Assembly: GCA_050261115.1 (NCBI GenBank)
Contig: JBLNCY010000052.1
Location: forward strand, 1-54,137
Direction: 5' to 3'
DNA length: 54,137 nucleotides
DNA from: Methanocella sp.
GTDB taxonomy: Archaea; Thermoproteota; Bathyarchaeia; Bathyarchaeales; Bathycorpusculaceae
Of this stretch, positions 8,952 to 18,011 are shown in pieces. The notes under the pieces were generated by a model. The model searched no databases and had not been told where the DNA came from. It saw only the letters and a program-made list of their open reading frames with translations. Both the position numbers and the translations under genes were made by a program. Within the stretch, counting starts at the first letter, position 1; every line of letters begins with the position of its first letter.

Positions 8952-9659
8952 TTAGATGTTTAGGACTTTGGCGCTGATTATGGTGACTTCTTCTAGTGGG
9001 GCATCGTTTGCGTTTGTGGGAACTTTGGATATGTCCATGACGGTATCTTGGCCGAAGATGATTTTGCCAAACGAGACGTAGGATGTGTCGAAAGTGGAGT
9101 ATCGGTAGGTATTGTCTGCTACGTTTATGAAGAATTGGCTGCTTCCACTATTGGGGGCGCCCGTGTTAGCCATGGCTATTGTCATGTTGGAGTTGCGGTT
9201 AGTATCAGTGAATTCATCAGGTATAGTGGAAACTGATGAACCATCAGCGGGGATACCGCCCTGAATCATAAAGCCACTTATTACACGGTGGAAAGTGCTT
9301 CCGTTGTAGACTCCCCGATTAACTAAATCGATAAAGTTACCCGTAGTTATGGGCATGTCGTTTCTCAGTGAAACTGTAAAGTTACCCTTAGTGGTATGGA
9401 AGAACACAAACGTAGAGTTCTCGTAAGGATCAGTCGAGGATGGAATCGGCGTCGGCGAAGCGGAAGGATCGTTTGTGCCGCCGTTCCCTAGACTTAACAC
9501 GACGATCGCGGCTATTACGACAACTACTGCTGCGATGACACCTATAGAGATATAGAGTGAGCGGTTAGAGTTGTGTTTCTTGTGGCGCTTTGGAGGCTTG
9601 GGTGTTTGCTGTGACTGTTTTTGCTGTTTTACTTTCTGCCTTAATTTTCTTGGAGCCAT
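8952..9659 (-). CDS. Cyclophilin-type PPIase with basic N-terminus and membrane anchor
   Basis: FHRVISGFMIQGG, AMANTGAPNSGSSQFFIN; TM helix near residues 35-57; S/P/T linker. Confidence 0.9.
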   Translation of the reverse strand: MAPRKLRQKVKQQKQSQQTPKPPKRHKKHNSNRSLYISIGVIAAVVVVIAAIVVLSLGNGGTNDPSASPTPIPSSTDPYENSTFVFFHTTKGNFTVSLRNDMPITTGNFIDLVNRGVYNGSTFHRVISGFMIQGGIPADGSSVSTIPDEFTDTNRNSNMTIAMANTGAPNSGSSQFFINVADNTYRYSTFDTSYVSFGKIIFGQDTVMDISKVPTNANDAPLEEVTIISAKVLNI

Positions 9660-9791
9660 GTCTGTAGAGACAACTGCTCGTCATATAAGATTTTTGCCAA
9701 ATGCCTAATAAAAACCCGAAATCTGCAACCACAACCCATAAGGGGGCTTTTGAGATGCAACAGATATGGACTTATCAGCCCAGGACGGTTG

Positions 9792-10604
9792 CTAAGCTAT
9801 TTTCCTGTAAAGTAACGTCAAGAGGAAAAATAGCACTAAGACAAACACAATCAAGCCCGCCGTCACGATATTGAACACTGCGGAGAAAACAATACCCAGC
9901 ACTGTACTTACTACGCTAAAGCCGACTACCGCAAACAGAGTCTTTCTAAAGGAGAGATTTAACTTCAAAGCCGATAGTCCCGGTATAACAAGCAAGGCAA
10001 CAACAAGAATGGTGCCGATCACTTTTATGGATAAAACAATCGTAAACGCCACCAACAAATCAAAGAGGATCGATAGCTGTCTTGTGGGTATGCCCATTAT
10101 TCTGGAGTCATCCTCGTCAAATATCATTGAGAGCAACTCACGCCTAAAGATGCTGATAAACACTACGACGCTAACGCCCAAGATTGAGACTAATGCTAAG
10201 TCTGTTGTGTCGATGGTTAGAATTGAGCCGAAAAGGTAACTAAATAGCTCCACATTAAATCCGCCGGCTAAACTAATGACGATCAACCCGGTTGAGAAGC
10301 CTAGGGCCACCATGATTGCAATTGCAGAATCGGAGGTTGCAATCTTTCTTCGCCGCATGTATGAAATAGCAAAAACCGCCAGCACTGAAACCAACAGAGC
10401 CGTTAACAAAGGATAAACACCCAGCAGCAGCCCCAATGCTATGCCACCAAAGGCTGTATGTGCAAGGCCATCCCCGATCATTGCTTCTTTCTTTAAGATT
10501 AAGAATAAGCCTACTAAACCGCATGCTACGGCAGCGATTACTCCGCCGATTAGGGCGTTTTGGAAGAACTGGTAGCTGAATAGGTCGATTACGTTAATGC
10601 TCAT
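9792..10604 (-). CDS. znuB: Zn/Mn ABC transporter permease
   Basis: GDGLAHTAFGG, SYLFGSIL, multi-TM; overlaps the ATPase stop. Confidence 0.9.
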   Translation of the reverse strand: MSINVIDLFSYQFFQNALIGGVIAAVACGLVGLFLILKKEAMIGDGLAHTAFGGIALGLLLGVYPLLTALLVSVLAVFAISYMRRRKIATSDSAIAIMVALGFSTGLIVISLAGGFNVELFSYLFGSILTIDTTDLALVSILGVSVVVFISIFRRELLSMIFDEDDSRIMGIPTRQLSILFDLLVAFTIVLSIKVIGTILVVALLVIPGLSALKLNLSFRKTLFAVVGFSVVSTVLGIVFSAVFNIVTAGLIVFVLVLFFLLTLLYRKIA

Positions 10605-11379
10605 GTGGGAATGACCCTCTGCATTCATGTTGGTGGAATACGAAGTGGAAGTGGTCGCCGTATGCACGCTTGAGTAGTGTGTTGGTATCTAAGTCCTCGG
10701 TTATTTCAGCGACTTCTACTTTCCTGTTGACGCATAGGACTTTTGACATTCGACAGAATACCGATGCCAAGTCGTGGGTGACAATTAGGATAGTGGTTTG
10801 GCGTTCAGTGTTTAAGTCACTTAGTTTTTTGTAGAAACGTTCCTGTGCAACCGAGTCCACACCCACGATAGGTTCATCAAGAAAAATCAACTCAGGCTTG
10901 CGCGCCAGTGCTTTGGCGACAAACACACGCTGCTTCTGTCCACCTGATAACTGTCCAATCCGTCGGTATGCAACATCGCTTAGCCCCATGAACTCTATGC
11001 TCTCATCTACTGCAGCCCAATCCTGCTGCTTAAGCATCCGTCCGATGTTGCCTTTTCTTAAACAGCCCAGTGAAACAAGCTCTCGAACCGTCAGGGGGAA
11101 TTGACTTTCAAAGCTTGTTGCGCTCTGGGAAATGTAAGCTATTTTTTCCCAAGCGGTAAATTTTGCAATGTCAACGCCGAACAATATGATTTGACCGCTT
11201 GCTATGGGCAAAAAGTTTAGAATCGCGTTTAGAAGGGTGGTTTTTCCGCCACCGTTAGGGCCAACAATCCCGACGTAGTCGCCTCGGTTTATTTTGAAGT
11301 CAGCGTTTTCTATTACCGCTTCTCCGTTGCGATTAACTGTAAGGTTTTTTACTTCTAAAATGGGAGAAACTTGAGCCAT
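10594..11379 (-). CDS. znuC: Zn/Mn ABC transporter ATPase
   Basis: GPNGGGKTT, LSGGQKQR, LDEP; His/Cys-rich C-terminus. Confidence 0.92.
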   Translation of the reverse strand: MAQVSPILEVKNLTVNRNGEAVIENADFKINRGDYVGIVGPNGGGKTTLLNAILNFLPIASGQIILFGVDIAKFTAWEKIAYISQSATSFESQFPLTVRELVSLGCLRKGNIGRMLKQQDWAAVDESIEFMGLSDVAYRRIGQLSGGQKQRVFVAKALARKPELIFLDEPIVGVDSVAQERFYKKLSDLNTERQTTILIVTHDLASVFCRMSKVLCVNRKVEVAEITEDLDTNTLLKRAYGDHFHFVFHQHECRGSFPHEH

Positions 11380-11434
11380 AGGGGAACATTCCGCTTTTTA
11401 CAGTTTAACCTCTCGTGCTTATTTACTTAGCCCT

Positions 11435-12388
11435 CTACGTTGTTACTCCTAAACCGACCTTTAGGTTAGATAGGTTGGAATGCATCTGCTCCAGATAATT
11501 AAGACCATCCCTTTGGCCCAGCATCAAATACAAATCCAGCACCGATACCGGCTGCCCTGTTTTGGCTTCAACTTCGGTTTTGAGGGCCTGCACATACTCC
11601 CTTGAGTACACAGGATCAACATATACCACGTAGGTCTGATATGCAACCATCTCGTCAACCAAATTGGCGATTGTTGCTGCACTGGGCTGCTCATCTGCGG
11701 ACAACCCCAGAACGCCATGCTGCTCAAAATCGTAACGCGACGCCAAGTACCCAAATGCCTCATGCGCCACAAATACCACAGTTTTGGTTTTTTGTGAAAG
11801 ACTTTCGGTGTACTCATTGTCAAGTGCGGTAAGTTGCTCTGAGAGGGTTTGCCATCTTTGGGTATAATAGTCTTGGTGTGCGGGGTCTGCTTGAACTATG
11901 GCGTTGTAGATTTTTTCTGCCTGTAATTTTGCCATGTAGGGGCTAACCCATGTGTGAGGGTCATATGGAACCTGCGCTTCGCCCTCTTCATGTTCCATCG
12001 ATTGCTGATTAGCGACAAGTTGTAGGCCATCGGTTGCCTCAACCACTATTCGGCTCTTTGCGGTTGAGAGGGCAGGTAGAATGTCCGATTCCATCCAGTG
12101 ATCGGCGCTGGCGCCGTTATAGATGATTATGTCGGCTTCTTCGGTGGCCACTATGTGTGATGCTGAGGGATCCCAGGTGTGTATCTCGGTGTTATCGGGA
12201 ACCAACTGCGTTACCGTTATGTGTTCTCCGCCGATTTGTTCGCTAAGGTAAGCCAGGGGATAAAATGTGGCGACTATTTTGATTTTGCCAGTGGGGGCAG
12301 GGTTTGTTATGGTGAGGGCTACTACGGTTATGGTGATGACTATTGTGAGGGTTACGGTTAGTAGCAGGAGTTTTTGTTTATTGTTCAT
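11435..12388 (-). CDS. znuA: Zn/Mn ABC transporter substrate-binding protein
   Basis: N-terminal TM; ATFYPL, EIHTWDP, YDPHTWVSP, HEAFGYL. Confidence 0.92.
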   Translation of the reverse strand: MNNKQKLLLLTVTLTIVITITVVALTITNPAPTGKIKIVATFYPLAYLSEQIGGEHITVTQLVPDNTEIHTWDPSASHIVATEEADIIIYNGASADHWMESDILPALSTAKSRIVVEATDGLQLVANQQSMEHEEGEAQVPYDPHTWVSPYMAKLQAEKIYNAIVQADPAHQDYYTQRWQTLSEQLTALDNEYTESLSQKTKTVVFVAHEAFGYLASRYDFEQHGVLGLSADEQPSAATIANLVDEMVAYQTYVVYVDPVYSREYVQALKTEVEAKTGQPVSVLDLYLMLGQRDGLNYLEQMHSNLSNLKVGLGVTT

Positions 12389-12438
12389 ATGGGAAATTCT
12401 AAAGCGGGTGCTATTAAATATTTCCAGAACCTTAATAA

Positions 12439-12467
12439 TTATAACGAAAAAACTACATAAGTAATAA
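12439..12467. promoter_or_regulatory. Candidate NikR-type operator TTATAAC-N15-GTAATAA
   Basis: Inverted repeat with one mismatch and 15-nt spacer in the divergent znuA/nikR intergenic region; geometry like NikR operators. Confidence 0.4.
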
Positions 12468-12510
12468 TAAAAGTTAATAACAATAGCTCCCAACCTTAAC
12501 AAGATAAAGA

Positions 12511-12906
12511 ATGGCAATAATAAGCCTATCAGTCCCAGACAGCCTAATCAAAAAAATAGACGAAAAAATAGCCGAAAAAGGATACGCCAGCCGCTCTGAA
12601 ATAGCACGACAAGCCCTAAGACTCTACCTATCCGAGAACATAAAAATCAACGAAATTGATGGAGAAGCCGCAGCCACCATAACAGTAATCTACAAAGAAA
12701 ACGCGGATAGACGAAAACTGACCGAAAGCCAGCATCTATTCAGCGGATTAGTCTCCACTTTTCTACATGCCCATATTCAAGAAGGCTACTGCTTAGAGGT
12801 AATCATCCTAAAAGGGCAAGCATTCCTAATAGAAAAGTTCCTTGACGCCCTAAAAAGAAATGAGGATATTATTCAGATGAAGGTTTCAATCCTAAACCAG
12901 AAATAA
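12511..12906 (+). CDS. nikR: NikR-family ribbon-helix-helix metalloregulator
   Basis: RHH N-terminus (GYASRSEIARQAL); metal ligands QH...FLHAH....CLE. Confidence 0.85.
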   Translation: MAIISLSVPDSLIKKIDEKIAEKGYASRSEIARQALRLYLSENIKINEIDGEAAATITVIYKENADRRKLTESQHLFSGLVSTFLHAHIQEGYCLEVIILKGQAFLIEKFLDALKRNEDIIQMKVSILNQK

Positions 12907-13037
12907 AGAAAAGACAGCTTTGGTGGGGGTTGACGCTATGGTTTGTTTTCAATGTATGGGTTGAACCCATGGTTGACTCTTTATACGGGAGGGAGTCTAT
13001 ACGAGAGCAAGAGGGCCCAGTTAGGTCTTCGAGCATC

Positions 13038-13829
13038 TTAACTCGAAGTTTTAACATCCTTCTGCAAAAGCAACTCACAGACCTTATCAATCGCCTTAAC
13101 AGCCTCAATGTCCTTGTTCTTGAGGGGCGTTATGCCAGCCATGTCGGAATCAATGATTCCTTGGTCCCAGGGCACAGTCGCCAACAACTCTATGCCGTTC
13201 TGTTTAGCGAAGGTTTCAATTGCTTCTTTTTGGTTATCGTTCATGACTCTGTTGCCAACAAGATAGAGCTGTTTCATGCCTGCAGCAGCCGCCAGGTCAT
13301 GGATGTGTTTGGCGATTTCTAGCGATTTCATGTTAGAGTCCCCAACAATCAACAGGGCATCCACCTGCTTTGCTGTGCCTCGCCCTATATGCTCCACGCC
13401 GGCTTCAAGGTCCATAACTACAGCCTCGTTTGCATCCACAACCAGATGCCGCAGCAAAGCGCGGATGACAGCGGTAGGGGCACACATGCAGCCGGCACCC
13501 ATGGAATGAACCGTGCCCATGACTATCAGGTTGGGCCCAAGCGGAGTGGAAACCGCAAAGTCACGCACGATGTCGTCTACTCGGAAGTTCAAATTATAGA
13601 TGTGTGAATAGCCTGTGCTTGTTTTTGATTCTACGAGTTGTTTATTGTCTGATATGGGTATGATTTTTCGGGTTTCCTCGGTTGTTAACCCCAGTGTTAG
13701 GCCCAAGTTAGGGGAGGAATCTGCGTCTATGGCTATGGTTTTTAGTCCCCGTTGGGAGAATCCGTGGGCTAGGCCGCCGGCGATGAGGGTTTTGCCGACG
13801 CCGCCTTTACCGGCAACAGCTATTTTCAT
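13038..13829 (-). CDS. cooC: CooC/AcsF-type nickel-insertion ATPase
   Basis: GKGGVGKT, IDADSSPNL, GAGCMC (CxC), DLEAGVEHIGRG. Confidence 0.9.
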   Translation of the reverse strand: MKIAVAGKGGVGKTLIAGGLAHGFSQRGLKTIAIDADSSPNLGLTLGLTTEETRKIIPISDNKQLVESKTSTGYSHIYNLNFRVDDIVRDFAVSTPLGPNLIVMGTVHSMGAGCMCAPTAVIRALLRHLVVDANEAVVMDLEAGVEHIGRGTAKQVDALLIVGDSNMKSLEIAKHIHDLAAAAGMKQLYLVGNRVMNDNQKEAIETFAKQNGIELLATVPWDQGIIDSDMAGITPLKNKDIEAVKAIDKVCELLLQKDVKTSS

Positions 13830-13956
13830 AAGTATCACAATCAATCATACAACTTGCGGGATAGGGTTAATTTAGATTTCTCGTTTGCGGATGTTTTCTT
13901 ATCGATGTTATGTCAAATAGGTTGTTAGTTTTTTTGGTGCATTCTGTTCAATTTCT

Positions 13957-14022
13957 ATTAATCAACCACATATTAACTTAGGTTAAATAAAAGTTTAATA
14001 ATTCCTCGGTTGGTTGAATAAT
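13957..14022. promoter_or_regulatory. Inverted repeats upstream of cbiMNQ
   Basis: ATTAATCAACCA (13957-13968) and TGGTTGAATAAT (14011-14022), one mismatch; inner TTAAC-TTAG-GTTAA (13973-13986). Confidence 0.35.
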
Positions 14023-14033
14023 CGGTAAAAACT

Positions 14034-15815
14034 TTGCACATAATGGAAGGCTTCCTCCCACACCCATGGTGGGAAATATGGTGGGCACTAACAATCCCAA
14101 TGGTAGCCTACGGAATTTATCAACTAGCCAAAACCTCAAAAAAAAACCCCGAATCAAAACCGCTGCTAGCACTCATGGGCGCATTCATATTCGTAGTTTC
14201 TGCTCTCAAATTACCCTCAGTATTCGGAAGCAGCAGCCACCCTACAGGATCAGGATTAGCCGCCACCGTCTTCGGTCCCGCCATCGCCTCAGTTCTATCC
14301 ATGATCGCGCTGATCTTCCAAGCCACCCTACTATCACACGGCGGCATAACAACACTAGGCGCCAACGTTTTCTCTATGGGCATAATAGGACCAGCCATCG
14401 GGTTCATAACTTGGATGATATGCAGGAAGGCCCGTATACCTACTCTTGCAGGGGTTTTCCTCGCAGTAGCCCTAAGCGACATATCCACCTACGTAACTAC
14501 ATCGGTTCAGTTGGCGTTGGCTTTTCCAACCACTGGGTTTGTTCAGGCATTTCTACAATTCGCAACCATATTTGCAGTAACACAAATCCCCCTAGCAATA
14601 ACTGAAGGGATCTTGGCAGTTTTCATCTTCGAGTTCCTGTTAAAATACAAAGGCCAGATTCTATCCGCCCTCAAAGTCATACGCTCTCCGATTGCGGGGG
14701 CATCTGAAAGACAGTTCCAGCTAAAAAAGAAGCACTATGCAATCTTGATTGCAGTATTGCTGACTCTTTTCATAACACCCTTAATCTTTATTTCCACAGA
14801 CATGGCGGGAACAGACGACCTTGCAGAGGAAATCATATCCATGACAGGTTATCAGCCATGGTTTGACCCTGTATTGACGTTGCCTGAAGAATTTGAAACC
14901 CCACTGTTTGCGCTACAAGCCCTCATAGGTGCATCAATAATCACATACTTTGTTTTACGGACCCGACGCAGAGATTCTTCACGCCCTGGCAAACGTAAAC
15001 CCCGTCACAGTCAAGATGAAGGACACAGCAACCTTTCAGGCCACATAGACAGCTACGCCCATACTAACAGTCTTGCCAAAAACAGCCCCACCACTAAAAT
15101 CTTATTTGCGCTCTCCATGCTTGTGCTAAGCGTCCTGTCCCCGTCACCAGTTGTTCCCCTAACAATGTTTATAGTCGCTGTGGTGCTGTTAATTGGGGTA
15201 GCCCAAATTCCTGGCCGATTCATTCTTGACTTGCTAACTTATCCGCTTGCTTTTGCAGGGGTTAGCTGTGTTTTCATAGCGCTGTTTTTCGGCTATGGGG
15301 CCACCCTTGCACAGGTGACTTTTCCATGGTTCACCTGGACAGTTTATGGTAACGGCATAACCTTGGCAGTCGCAACTTTTTTCCGTGTACTTGGCGCGAT
15401 ATCAGCCATGTTTCTGCTTGTCCTAACGACTTCCATGACGGATCTGTTCATAAGTCTGCGAAAAGCCCACATGCCCAAAGTGTTGATTGAAATCAGCTTA
15501 CTGGTCTACCGCTATATTTTCGTGTTTATGGAGGTCGCCGCAAGAATGACCACAGCGCAGAAATTGCGACTCGGACAGACAAGTTGGCTGAGGCGCATTC
15601 GTTCTACTTCATTGATTGCGGTTAATCTCTTCATACGGACCATGGAGCAGGGGGAGCGGACGTTCGTGGCGATGAACGCCCGTGGCTATGACGGCAATAT
15701 CCGTTTGTTGGATGATCAGCCTAAACCCAGCAGGCTAGCAATCGCTGGAATTGTTGTATTCAACATCCTGTTCGCATTAGTTGCGTTAAATATAATTCAG
15801 ATTTGGAGTTTGTAA
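14034..15815 (+). CDS. cbiM: Fused ECF Co/Ni transporter CbiM-CbiN-CbiQ
   Basis: MHIMEGFLP start and SSHPTG/HGGITTLGAN (CbiM); GTDDLAEE...YQPWF...LFALQA (CbiN); IDSYAH..L...YRYIF...MNARGY (CbiQ); one ORF. Confidence 0.9.
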   Translation: MHIMEGFLPHPWWEIWWALTIPMVAYGIYQLAKTSKKNPESKPLLALMGAFIFVVSALKLPSVFGSSSHPTGSGLAATVFGPAIASVLSMIALIFQATLLSHGGITTLGANVFSMGIIGPAIGFITWMICRKARIPTLAGVFLAVALSDISTYVTTSVQLALAFPTTGFVQAFLQFATIFAVTQIPLAITEGILAVFIFEFLLKYKGQILSALKVIRSPIAGASERQFQLKKKHYAILIAVLLTLFITPLIFISTDMAGTDDLAEEIISMTGYQPWFDPVLTLPEEFETPLFALQALIGASIITYFVLRTRRRDSSRPGKRKPRHSQDEGHSNLSGHIDSYAHTNSLAKNSPTTKILFALSMLVLSVLSPSPVVPLTMFIVAVVLLIGVAQIPGRFILDLLTYPLAFAGVSCVFIALFFGYGATLAQVTFPWFTWTVYGNGITLAVATFFRVLGAISAMFLLVLTTSMTDLFISLRKAHMPKVLIEISLLVYRYIFVFMEVAARMTTAQKLRLGQTSWLRRIRSTSLIAVNLFIRTMEQGERTFVAMNARGYDGNIRLLDDQPKPSRLAIAGIVVFNILFALVALNIIQIWSL

Positions 15816-15818
15816 GCT

Positions 15819-16679
15819 ATGCTATTTAGAATTGAAAACTTAACGCATGAATACTCTGATGGAACCGTCGCATTAGACAATGTATCAATCTGCTTTGATA
15901 GAGGCGAAAGAATCGCCCTACTTGGCACTAACGGTTCGGGCAAAACAACCTTACTAAACCACCTCAACGGCATCCTAAAACCTACCACGGGCACTGTGTA
16001 CTTTGAAGACAAACCCATATCATATGACGCCAAGTCCCTTCTGAATCTCCGAAAGAGAGTGGGGTTTGTTTTTCAGGACCCAAATGACCAATTGTTTGCT
16101 TCCACAGTGAAGCAGGATGTGGCGTTTGGACCGCTGAATCTGGGATACACGCCTGAACACGTCAAACAGTTAGTCAATGAAGCGCTTGCTACGGTTGGCA
16201 TGGCCGAGTTTGCGGATAAGCCGCCTCATTTCTTAAGCGGTGGCCAAAAGAAGCGGGTGGCGCTTGCAGGAGTTTTAGCTATGCAGCCTGAAGTTATCAT
16301 AATGGATGAACCCACCTCAAGCCTTGATCCCATGGCTACAAGTGATATCCTGCATTTGCTGCTTAGGCTCAACAAGGAGCGGGGAATTACGCTGTTGCTG
16401 GCCACTCATGACGTGGATTTGGTTCCCTTGTTTGCAGAAAGACTCTGCATCCTAGACAGAGGAAAAGTGGTCTCGGAGGGCACTCCCAAAGCAAGTTTCT
16501 CGAATGCTGATTTAATTAGAAAAATTAGGTTGCGTTCTCCACGCATAGCCCACCTCTTTGAGGTTCTAAAAAAAGAAGACAAGCTCCCCATCGGCCCTGA
16601 ACTACCTCTTACCATCAGCGAGGCAAGAAAAGAAATCCTGCGGCTAATAGCTCAAGCTGAAGAGACCAAAAAGAGCTAA
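15819..16679 (+). CDS. cbiO: ECF transporter ATPase CbiO
   Basis: GTNGSGKT, FQDPNDQLF, DVAFGPLN, LSGGQKKR. Confidence 0.93.
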   Translation: MLFRIENLTHEYSDGTVALDNVSICFDRGERIALLGTNGSGKTTLLNHLNGILKPTTGTVYFEDKPISYDAKSLLNLRKRVGFVFQDPNDQLFASTVKQDVAFGPLNLGYTPEHVKQLVNEALATVGMAEFADKPPHFLSGGQKKRVALAGVLAMQPEVIIMDEPTSSLDPMATSDILHLLLRLNKERGITLLLATHDVDLVPLFAERLCILDRGKVVSEGTPKASFSNADLIRKIRLRSPRIAHLFEVLKKEDKLPIGPELPLTISEARKEILRLIAQAEETKKS

Positions 16680-16858
16680 AACAAGCTTTATGATGCTTGC
16701 CATAGACCCCTGCCCTTATATATACTACAAACGACCTTGTTCTAGTGACTGCAACTTATTCTGCAAGCATAGTTACAATGAACGATTCTTTGCTTGAAAA
16801 TGGAATAACAAGTTTCAAATACCAGCCTTATAACATAAAACGAGGTGCAAAATTAATA

Positions 16859-17938
16859 ATGACTAACGGTAACGATTACTTCAGCAAGAAACTTGAACCA
16901 ATCAAGGTCACCAAGCAAAAACCGATCTCACAGCTACTAAAAGAAATGAGCAGAACCGCGTATCAAGGCCGCAAGCTAGGCGAAGCCGTTGATGTCTGGG
17001 AAAACATGATCCGCGAAAAAGACACCGTGATTGCATTGGGTTTTGCGGGTTCCATGTCAACCGCGGGGCAATGGACAGTCATTAACTGGCTCATCGAGAA
17101 CCGGTTCATCGATGTGTTGGTTTCTACAGGCGCTAACGTCTCTGAGGACATTGTGGATGCTATGGGTCTTGGATACTACCAAGGCAGCCATATGGTCGAC
17201 GACGCACAACTCCTAAATGATGACATAAACAGGTATTATGACGTATTCGGCAAGGAAACTGACTACCGCAAGATGGAAGATTTAGTCACAGAATACGTTA
17301 TGACATGCGACCAGAATTACATGTACACCTCCGCAGAGTTTCTCCATGGACTTGGCCAATTCTTAGGCAAGAGAAATATTCCAGCCATAACAGCAGTTGC
17401 CGCAGCTAACGGCGTACCCATCTTCAGCCCAGCCATGGTTGACAGCGCCTATGGCGAAACCTTCCTGCTCGCCAAAAACAAAGGCCACAAAGTCCACGTC
17501 GACAGCGTAAAAGAATTCGACCAATTCGTTCAGATCGGTACAAAAACCAAAGAAGTAGGTGTCGTCTACATAGGCGGCGGCGTACCAAAAGACCTAACTC
17601 AACTCATCGCCATCAGCGTCTCTCCAATGACAGAAGACCAAGGCGTTCAAGGCAGACAGGGCGGCTTAAGAAAGAGTCTCCAGGAATACTACTACCCACA
17701 CAAATACGCCATCCAAATCACAACCGACAGCCCACAATGGGGCGGACTGAGCGGATGCACACTTGAGGAAGCAATATCTTGGGGTAAAATTAACAGCCAA
17801 TCCGGTACCCGTGCAGTCTGCTACTGTGACGCAACAATTGCATTGCCACTCATATGCCATGCACTAGCCGAACGCGTAACAGAGAAACGCAAAGGCCCAG
17901 ACATGAGCTGGATCTTCCAAGACATGCCAAAGGCGTAA
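16859..17938 (+). CDS. Deoxyhypusine synthase-like protein (possible homospermidine synthase)
   Basis: GAGGTG SD; STGANVSED, GGGVPKD, QITTDSPQWGGLSGCTLEEAISWGK with the catalytic Lys. Confidence 0.85.
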   Translation: MTNGNDYFSKKLEPIKVTKQKPISQLLKEMSRTAYQGRKLGEAVDVWENMIREKDTVIALGFAGSMSTAGQWTVINWLIENRFIDVLVSTGANVSEDIVDAMGLGYYQGSHMVDDAQLLNDDINRYYDVFGKETDYRKMEDLVTEYVMTCDQNYMYTSAEFLHGLGQFLGKRNIPAITAVAAANGVPIFSPAMVDSAYGETFLLAKNKGHKVHVDSVKEFDQFVQIGTKTKEVGVVYIGGGVPKDLTQLIAISVSPMTEDQGVQGRQGGLRKSLQEYYYPHKYAIQITTDSPQWGGLSGCTLEEAISWGKINSQSGTRAVCYCDATIALPLICHALAERVTEKRKGPDMSWIFQDMPKA

Positions 17939-18011
17939 AGACGCCTCTTTTCTTCTTTTATTAGTTATATCTATGAATTGCCACTGACAAAAATAAAAGG
18001 CAAAGAAAAAA

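Noticed and set aside
12389-12517. N-terminal extension of znuA in the ORF track
   Set aside because: Spans the AT-rich divergent promoter and overlaps the nikR start; MNNKQK at 12388 is the likelier start
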